Below, in pieces: positions 1 through 5,919 of a stretch of DNA of 64,000 bases. The number at the start of each line of letters is the position of its first letter. Position 1 is the first letter of the stretch. The stretch covers positions 2,618-66,617 of the forward strand of contig DASXMU010000193.1 in NCBI GenBank assembly GCA_036495485.1, read 5' to 3'. The notes under the pieces were generated by a model. The model was not told where the DNA came from. It did no database searches and saw nothing but the letters and a program-made list of their open reading frames with translations. The position numbers and the translations under genes are program-made. The stretch comes from Streptosporangiaceae bacterium (lineage in GTDB: Bacteria; Actinomycetota; Actinomycetes; Streptosporangiales; Streptosporangiaceae).

Positions 1-1661
1 GCCTTGGTGGCTGGATCGGCGAGGAGGGCCAGCCAGGGGACGTGCTGGTCGGTCTCGGTGAGCGGCAGGCCCGCGCGCCGGGCGGCTGCCTGGATGACGG
101 GCTTGACCTTGGCGATCCTGGCTCGCAACGGGGCCAGCGGGTCGGGCTGGGTGAGGAGCTCCAGGGCCACGCTGAGGGAGAGGGCCGAGGCGGCCAGCGG
201 GGGCAGGACCGCGCGGACGGCGGCGGCCAGGTCTGGGGAAGCCACCGCGAAGCCGATGCGGAGGCCGCCGCAGCAGTAGCCCTTGGAGATGCCGCGCAGC
301 ACGATCAGGCCGGGGGAGGTGTCGGTGAGGGGCGCGGCGCTGGCGCCGGGCGGGAGGTAGCAGGCACAGCTCTCGTCCACGACCAGGACGCCGCCGGCCT
401 GGGCAGTGGTTCTGGCCAGCTCGGCGATCATGGGCAGGGTCCAGTGGCGGCCGGTCAGGGCCGGCCGGTCGAGGACGGTGACCAGCGGGCGGAACGTGGC
501 TACGGCTGTGGCCGCAGCCGCCGGGTCGCTGAGCGGGGCGACGGCTACCTGGCTGCTGACCGCCGCCGCTGCTTCGGCTAGCTGGGGGTGGCCGGACGGG
601 TCGGTGAGGATCGTGCCGCCGTCGGCCAGCCTGGCCAGGCTGTGCAGGAGGCCGGTCACGCCTGCGCCGGCGGTGACCCGGTACGGGCTGAGCGACCAGG
701 CCAGGTTGGCGGCCAGGACCGGGGCGGAGCGGATGCCGCCGTAGGGGTCGGCCAGGTCGTAGCGGCGGGCCAGGGTGGGCAAGCCGAGTGGGTCCGAGGA
801 CAGGCGCGCCCACGCGGCGGTGACCGCTGGCTGGCTGAAGTACGCCTCGTCCGGAGCGGAGCGCAGGTCGATGGCTCCAGGCGGCGCCTGGGCGCGGTGA
901 CCCTCCAGGGCCGAGGTGATGCGCCGGGCTGGGGTGGCGACGAACTGGACGTACCTGGTGGCGATCGTCACGGGAGCACCGGCCTGGAAGTCGGCGTCCG
1001 TACGGGTGACGTCGAAGCCGGCCCGGGTCAGCAGGGCGCCGACCTCGGCCGGGGTGTAGAGGCGGACGTTGTCGGGGAGGACCGCCTCACTCCCGTCGGG
1101 GCGGGTCACCTGGACCTGGCCGCCGCTGCGGCCGGTCAGCGGGTCGTACTCGCGGCTGAACGTGAAGCTTGCGCCGCCGATCTGGGCCTGGGCGCTGGGC
1201 TGGTACATCCGGGTGATCGCCAGGATGCTCGAATGGTCGAGCACGAAGAGGCCGTCACCGGGCAGCAGGCGCCGGACGGTGCGCAGCATCCGGAGCTGGT
1301 CGGTGTCGGAGCCCCAGCCGAAGGCCTGCACGCAGATCGCGGCGTCGGCCGACGGGACGCCCCAGGCAGAAGAGCCGAGCAGATCGGCCTGGTGCAGCTC
1401 CAGCCGCACACCTGCGCCGGCTGCTGCTTGCGCGGCGCGGCGCAGTGCGTAGGCCGAGGCGTCCACGCCGGTTACCCGGAAGCCGCGCCGGGCCAGGGCG
1501 ACCGCGTGCCGGCCGGTGCCGCAGCCCAGGTCGAGGACACGACTGGCCCCGGCGAGCAGGCCGGCCAGGTAGGCGACCTCGGCTTCGGTTCGCTCCGGGG
1601 TGTACTCAGCGTCGGCGTACGCCCAGTAGTCGGCGGTGAAGTAGCTGTCGTACCACGCCAT
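1..1661 (-). CDS. Fusion protein: N-terminal class I SAM-dependent methyltransferase + C-terminal PLP-dependent aminotransferase (class I/II fold); 3' end lies beyond the left edge
   Basis: Absent from the ORF track because it runs off the window. My translation from ATG at 1661 reads MAWYDSYFTADYW...VLDLGCGTGRHAVALARRGFRVTGVD (SAM motif I), then later VVDESCACY...LRGISKGYCCGGLRIGFAV (PLP-lysine SK..GLR.G-type motif). No stop codon down to nt 1. The start lies 4 nt after the stop of the upstream gene (1666). Confidence 0.7.
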   Translation of the reverse strand, partial: MAWYDSYFTADYWAYADAEYTPERTEAEVAYLAGLLAGASRVLDLGCGTGRHAVALARRGFRVTGVDASAYALRRAAQAAAGAGVRLELHQADLLGSSAWGVPSADAAICVQAFGWGSDTDQLRMLRTVRRLLPGDGLFVLDHSSILAITRMYQPSAQAQIGGASFTFSREYDPLTGRSGGQVQVTRPDGSEAVLPDNVRLYTPAEVGALLTRAGFDVTRTDADFQAGAPVTIATRYVQFVATPARRITSALEGHRAQAPPGAIDLRSAPDEAYFSQPAVTAAWARLSSDPLGLPTLARRYDLADPYGGIRSAPVLAANLAWSLSPYRVTAGAGVTGLLHSLARLADGGTILTDPSGHPQLAEAAAAVSSQVAVAPLSDPAAAATAVATFRPLVTVLDRPALTGRHWTLPMIAELARTTAQAGGVLVVDESCACYLPPGASAAPLTDTSPGLIVLRGISKGYCCGGLRIGFAVASPDLAAAVRAVLPPLAASALSLSVALELLTQPDPLAPLRARIAKVKPVIQAAARRAGLPLTETDQHVPWLALLADPATK

Positions 1662-1665
1662 CCGG

Positions 1666-2886
1666 TCAGCTCACTGTGCTCAGCTCACGCCGGGCGAAGA
1701 AATCGCAGACATCGCACAGGTCAGGCGCGTTGGAGACGCCCTCCTGCAGCAGGTACAGGCCGCCGCAGCCACGGCAGGTCGCCTCCAGCAACGGGAACAT
1801 GTAGCGCTGCATGTTCGCGAACGAGGCGAACAGGTAGTAGTCGATACCAGGCCACAGGTCGAAGAGGTGATCGGTCATGGCGTAGGACATGGAGCGCTCG
1901 TCCGGGCCGGAGGTGAACCGGCCGGGCGTGCCCTGGCGGTTCAGCTCGGGTGCGACCAGCTCCAGGTAGAGCGTCAGCTCCTTTTTCGTGATCCGGTACA
2001 GCGGGAACACGTAACGCAGGCCGCCGATCTCCCGCACCGGGATGCCACCCATCCGGAAGCCGCTGGTGAACCAGGTCACCATGCTGGCCACCAGGTCGTC
2101 GGCGTTGAAGCCGAACGCGACCACGCCGGCACCGTGCGACTTGGCCTCCTCCTCCAGCATCCGGCGCAGCACCTGGTGGCCGATCACCATCGTCAGGTGG
2201 TTGCCCTCGCCGGCCACGACCTCGTTCATCGCGTCCACGAACTGGCCCTTGAGCTTGAAGACCCGCTCCACGTCGGCCGAGGTGACGATGACCTGGTGCA
2301 CGCCGAGCCGCTCGCCCGACTCGCGGGCCGCGGCGAACGTCGCCGGTTCCTCCCAGTCGGGCAGGCCGGTGATCGTCACCGCCGTCATGTCGACGGCGGG
2401 CAGCCGGTCCCTGGTCCGCTCCAGCAGGGTCAGGTACGCGACGCTGTCCCTGCCCCCGGACAGGCCGACGACGACCTTGTCGCCCGCCCGCATGACCTCG
2501 TGCGAGAGCATGCTCTGCACGAACGTCTCCTCGACGTACTTCACGAAGCCCACCGAGTCGAACTGCTCGGTCCGCCGCTCCAGCGAGCCCATGGTGTCGA
2601 ACAGCACGCTCTTGCAGTACACCGGGTCGGGTGCGCCGTACACCTGGCGCTTGGGCTTGCGCAGCACGTCCAGGTCGTAGTGCCGGACCTGGCGCACCTC
2701 GATCACGTCACCGGGCTCGACCACCGTGGTCTCCTCCGCGACGATCTTGCCGTTGCGCCAGGTCAGAACGGCGTTAACCGGGATGCCGTTGCGCAGCAGC
2801 ACGTCGGTCAGCGGCTGCCCGGCAGGCGCGGCGAGCTCCTCGGTGGTGCCAAGCTTGTTACGGAAGAACACAGAGGCCACGGTCAT
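1666..2886 (-). CDS. ThiS/MoaD-like beta-grasp domain fused to a PP-loop (adenine nucleotide alpha-hydrolase, TilS/TtuA-like) ATPase with a C-terminal CxxC...CxxC pair
   Basis: Track ORF 1666..3765 is a run-on. Plausible starts are ATG 2886 (MTVASVFFRNKLG) or GTG 2880. The N-terminal ~70 aa resembles ThiS (NGIPVNAVLTWRNGKIV..VEPGDVIEV). PP-loop VVVGLSGGRDS is present. The tail carries CRGC-x16-CDVC. Confidence 0.75.
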   Translation of the reverse strand: MTVASVFFRNKLGTTEELAAPAGQPLTDVLLRNGIPVNAVLTWRNGKIVAEETTVVEPGDVIEVRQVRHYDLDVLRKPKRQVYGAPDPVYCKSVLFDTMGSLERRTEQFDSVGFVKYVEETFVQSMLSHEVMRAGDKVVVGLSGGRDSVAYLTLLERTRDRLPAVDMTAVTITGLPDWEEPATFAAARESGERLGVHQVIVTSADVERVFKLKGQFVDAMNEVVAGEGNHLTMVIGHQVLRRMLEEEAKSHGAGVVAFGFNADDLVASMVTWFTSGFRMGGIPVREIGGLRYVFPLYRITKKELTLYLELVAPELNRQGTPGRFTSGPDERSMSYAMTDHLFDLWPGIDYYLFASFANMQRYMFPLLEATCRGCGGLYLLQEGVSNAPDLCDVCDFFARRELSTVS

Positions 2887-2935
2887 TCTCCTGTTCGGGC
2901 GGGACGCTGATAAGGCTGCTTGTGCACCGGCGGCG

Positions 2936-3859
2936 TCACGGCGGTCCGGCGGGGCCGGTGCCGCGGGGCCAGAATCGCCGTGAGGTGGCGAGGACCAGGC
3001 TCTCCCAGGCGTCGATGCCGGTGCCGAACGGAGCGAGCGCCGCCGCGGCCCGCTCCGGACTGGGCCCGGGTGACAGCGGGGTGAAGTCGGCCCTGAGCAG
3101 GTCCGCCAGCGGGTGGGCGCCCGGGAGCAGGGCAGCCAGCCGCTCGCCGCCGCCTGGCGCGCCGAACTCGGCCGGGCCCACCGCCAGCATGGCGCTCGCC
3201 GTCTTGCGCACCGGCCGCGGCAGGTCGTCCCAGGCTGCGGCGAGCGACCTGGCCCGCAGCCCGGCGAGCACGTCGTGGTAGCCGCGGTCCTCCCGGGGCG
3301 CGCCGAGCTGGAGCATGGCCAGCTGGGTGCGCAGCTCGTCCGGGTCGCCGCTGGCGAAGCCGCCGGGGCCGGCGAAAACAGCGCTCTCGGCGGCGGAGTC
3401 GGCCGCGGAGTCCGCGCTGTGCAGCAGCGAGAGCATGACGTTGATCGAGCCGAGGTCGCCGCGGATCGTGCCGGGGCCGGATCTGGCCGGATCGCTCGGG
3501 CCCTTGGCCTGCTTGAGCCGCTGGTGACCGGTCTGCCCGGCGCCCGCGCGCTGGTCGGCCAGCAGCAGCGCGACAGCCGGGCCGAAGGCGAACAACTGGT
3601 CGACCAGCCGGTAGCGGTAGGCCTGCCAGCTATGGGCGATGCTGACCTCGTGGAAGGCGTCGAGGCCGGCCGGACGGTGCCACAGCACCCGCCAGGCCAG
3701 CGGGGCGAACCCGGCGGTCTCGATCCGCTCGAGGACCGCCGGGCCGAGATGCCTGGCCACGGCATCGGGACCGATCAGCGCGAAGACGGTCCGGTCCCAG
3801 TCGGTATCCGCCACGGTCGGTCCCTTCGGGGTCATTGCCAGGCATGCCGTGCCCACCAC
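2936..3859 (-). CDS. Nucleoside-diphosphate-kinase-like domain protein with ~150-aa C-terminal extension
   Basis: TVFALIGPDAVARHLGPAVLERIETAGF ... GTIRGDLGSINVMLSLLHSADSAADSAAESAVF parallels the NDK core (..IKPD.., GTIRGDF, HGSDS..SA.RE...F), including the catalytic-His position. Start is uncertain (GTG 3859 or ATG 3835). Confidence 0.6.
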   Translation of the reverse strand: MVGTACLAMTPKGPTVADTDWDRTVFALIGPDAVARHLGPAVLERIETAGFAPLAWRVLWHRPAGLDAFHEVSIAHSWQAYRYRLVDQLFAFGPAVALLLADQRAGAGQTGHQRLKQAKGPSDPARSGPGTIRGDLGSINVMLSLLHSADSAADSAAESAVFAGPGGFASGDPDELRTQLAMLQLGAPREDRGYHDVLAGLRARSLAAAWDDLPRPVRKTASAMLAVGPAEFGAPGGGERLAALLPGAHPLADLLRADFTPLSPGPSPERAAAALAPFGTGIDAWESLVLATSRRFWPRGTGPAGPP

Positions 3860-4031
3860 GCCAGGGCCGGGAGCACGATGCGAGGCCTGGACACCAGGCC
3901 GGGCACGGCATGCAAGCTGGGGTGTTCCTACTTGCTCTTGTCGCCGGTGCCACGTGTGTTCTTGGCGATCGGGCGGCGCGCGCTCTGGCGGTGACGGTCC
4001 ACATTCCCTCCTTCCCGTCTGCGGGAGCGTT

Positions 4032-4066
4032 CGCCGGGTCAGCAGCAGCGAGCCGCTGACCCGGCG
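4032..4066 (-). other. Perfect 12-bp inverted repeat (stem-loop) just downstream of the nucleotidyltransferase stop, inside the operon
   Basis: cgccgggtcagc (4032-4043) / gctgacccggcg (4055-4066), with an 11-nt loop. No U-tract follows on the minus strand. Confidence 0.4.
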
Positions 4067-4087
4067 GTTACCTGCGGAAGCCGCACG

Positions 4088-5317
4088 TCATGATCCGTGC
4101 CCAGCTACCTGTTCCGCTTGATCTTCGGCTTGCGCACGCTGACTATGTGACGGTCCACCGGTACCTCCTTCCGGTGTCGAGAGCTCCTCCACCGCTTCCT
4201 CCGAGACCTCGTCACCAATGGTCAGCAGGAAGCGTCCCGCGGGAGTGTCCGCCCAGGCGAGCTTGCCGCGACGGCGCAGCACTGCCGTGCTCACCTCCGG
4301 CCGTGGGCCCTCCAGCGGCAGCCCGAAGGCGAGCAGCCCGGCCGGGACGGCCGTAGCCACCTGCAGCCTGCGCTGCACCGCGTCCCAGACCATCCCCTCG
4401 GCCCGGCTGGGGTTGCCCATCATGAGGCGCCGCTGCAGATGGCGCCCTGTGCCAGCCAGCGGCCTGGTGAAGAACCCGGCGCCGCGGGCCAGCCGGTGCG
4501 CCCGCACCCGTGCCATGGTCCACTGGCCGCCGGGCAGCTCCCGGAGGGAGCCGATGCCGGCCTTGGTGGTCAGCCGGACGAGTTCGGCGTACTCCACGGC
4601 CAGACCCAGCGTGACGACGGCCTCATGCAGCGCGTCGGGCTCTGTGCCGCGCAGAGCATCGTTCAGCAGCGCCGCGTCGAGCAGATCCCTGGCACGGAAC
4701 GGCTGCTCGTAGCGCTCGTGCAGCAGCATGAGCATGTTCTTAACCGCCGGGACACGCCATTGTTCCGGCAGCCGGAGTACCGGCGGGATGCCACCTTGAT
4801 TACCGAGCGTGTAATAGGTGGCCAGCTCAATGCCGTACGGGAGCTGATAGCGGTCCTCGTGTGAACGCCTGAGGCTGACCAGAACCTGCAGTGCGCCGCC
4901 CCAGCAGGAAAACGTCCCCGTGTCCAGTTCCCAGCCGTCCCCGGTCAGGAAACCGACGGCCCGCCACAGGGCAGTTTCCGACGAGGCGATGAAGTCGAGG
5001 TCGTTCATGTACCTGACGAGACCGGGTGGATAGAGCGCGGCCACCTCGAGGCCCTTGATCGTGGTCAGCCCGTCCACGGCCGCCATCAGGCCCGCCGCGA
5101 CCGCGCGGTAGTACTCGACGCGCGCCCGTGCGGCCGCTATCTCGTCGCGTAGCGCCGGGCTGAGCTCATCACCCCCGGCCCGCCAGGCCGAGAAGAGCGT
5201 GGCCGCGAAGGACGGCTGAGCCTTGCGCACCAGCGCCACGATCTCGGCGGGCCCATCGGCCGGCTCGCCCGAGCACGTGAGCAGCGCTTCAACCAGGCTG
5301 TCCGCGGTGAGATCCAT
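4088..5317 (-). CDS. Uncharacterised nucleotidyltransferase family protein (PF14907/NTP_transf_5-like)
   Basis: 409-aa ORF. KGLEVAALYPPGLVRYMNDLDFIASSETALWRAVGFLTGDGWE resembles the NTase motif (R...D[IL]D[LF][LI]) of the family often found in lasso/other RiPP loci. ATG at 5317. Confidence 0.65.
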   Translation of the reverse strand: MDLTADSLVEALLTCSGEPADGPAEIVALVRKAQPSFAATLFSAWRAGGDELSPALRDEIAAARARVEYYRAVAAGLMAAVDGLTTIKGLEVAALYPPGLVRYMNDLDFIASSETALWRAVGFLTGDGWELDTGTFSCWGGALQVLVSLRRSHEDRYQLPYGIELATYYTLGNQGGIPPVLRLPEQWRVPAVKNMLMLLHERYEQPFRARDLLDAALLNDALRGTEPDALHEAVVTLGLAVEYAELVRLTTKAGIGSLRELPGGQWTMARVRAHRLARGAGFFTRPLAGTGRHLQRRLMMGNPSRAEGMVWDAVQRRLQVATAVPAGLLAFGLPLEGPRPEVSTAVLRRRGKLAWADTPAGRFLLTIGDEVSEEAVEELSTPEGGTGGPSHSQRAQAEDQAEQVAGHGS

Positions 5318-5340
5318 GGCGCCCCCCAGCGGATGCGGCG

Positions 5341-5394
5341 GCAGATAATCAAAGCGACGCCGAGGCGAGCCGGCCGGCCCCCACGGCGTCGCTT
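5341..5394 (-). terminator. Intrinsic-terminator/attenuator-like hairpin directly after the 48-aa ORF
   Basis: 11-bp stem aagcgacgccg (5352-5362) / cggcgtcgctt (5384-5394) with a GC-rich 21-nt loop. On the minus strand it is followed by TTTGATTATCT. Confidence 0.45.
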
Positions 5395-5400
5395 CGCCGC

Positions 5401-5547
5401 CTAGTAGTTAGGTACGCAGTCCGTGCAGGTCGTACGGAACTTCATGACCTGGACAGCCTCGCGCTGAGCGAGCATCTTCTCGACCAGGGTGGGGGTGAGC
5501 AGGACCGGGGCAACAGTGGTGTCGGTCCGAGCGATCGTCTCTTCCAT
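5401..5547 (-). CDS. Unannotated 48-aa peptide, candidate RiPP precursor: MEETIARTDTTVAPVLLTPTLVEKMLAQREAVQVMKFRTTCTDCVPNY
   Basis: ATG 5547 to TAG 5401, translated by hand. A GGGAAGGG purine tract lies ~10 nt upstream. 39/48 codons end in G/C. Promoter-like hexamers lie upstream and a hairpin downstream. It is co-directional with the four enzyme genes. Confidence 0.55.
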   Translation of the reverse strand: MEETIARTDTTVAPVLLTPTLVEKMLAQREAVQVMKFRTTCTDCVPNY

Positions 5548-5583
5548 AAGCCAAACCCTTCCCGTGGAACGCAAGTTGCCGTC

Positions 5584-5612
5584 AGCGTAAGGAGAAGTTT
5601 GGATAGGGTCAA
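5584..5612 (-). promoter_or_regulatory. Sigma70/HrdB-like promoter candidate for the peptide operon
   Basis: The minus strand reads TTGACC (5612-5607), a 17-nt spacer, then TACGCT (5589-5584). The -10 hexamer ends ~36 nt upstream of the ATG, in a locally AT-richer intergenic region. Confidence 0.45.
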
Positions 5613-5820
5613 TAGCTTCGTGGCTGTTTGTTCTAAATGCCTGCTATCACTCTGTTAAGCAACGTTTTCCGGTGTGGGAAGCCACACTTCCGGCCCTATT
5701 CGAACGGGTCCTGGCGGCTCGGGGTTCAGCCGGGCAAGGTTCGGAAGATGTGGCGTTTAGGTAAGCACATGGGGTCGCGTGGGCACCGGTTGGTGATTTT
5801 CTTTCATTCCAAAAGAAAAT

Positions 5821-5919
5821 GATCATGCTACGGATGAGCGGGATGGGACGGATCCAGCTCGCGCGAGTGCATTTTACCTGATCACACTACGGGTGAGCGG
5901 GACCGGACGGATCTAGCTC
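5821..5919. repeat. Imperfect 40-bp direct repeat duplicating the 3' end (last codons + stop) of the gene ending at 5887
   Basis: gatcatgctacggatgagcgggatgggacggatccagctc (5821-5860) versus gatcacactacgggtgagcgggaccggacggatctagctc (5880-5919): 34/40 identical. Confidence 0.85.

Noticed and set aside
3928-4002. A 24-aa basic micro-ORF (MDRHRQSARRPIAKNTRGTGDKSK) after a GGAAGGAGGG tract, between the NTase and NDK-like genes.
   Set aside because: The purine tract is only 2-4 nt from the candidate ATG/GTG, which is too close for a normal SD spacing. The peptide has no distinguishing features, and I cannot separate it from chance. It is worth a glance only if Ribo-seq data exist.
5599-5658. A 19-aa Cys-rich plus-strand ORF (TTG start, MDRVNSFVAVCSKCLLSLC) after AAGGAG, divergent from the peptide operon.
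   Set aside because: It uses a TTG start and AT-rich, non-genomic codon usage, and it overlaps the predicted -10/-35 of the opposite-strand promoter. It is most likely fortuitous.
5647-5826. A 59-aa minus-strand ORF (MIIFFWNERKSPTG...) upstream of the 48-aa peptide gene, considered as a second precursor.
   Set aside because: It has low GC3 at its 5' end and no RBS. It spans the predicted promoter of the 48-aa ORF, and it shows no similarity to the 48-aa peptide.
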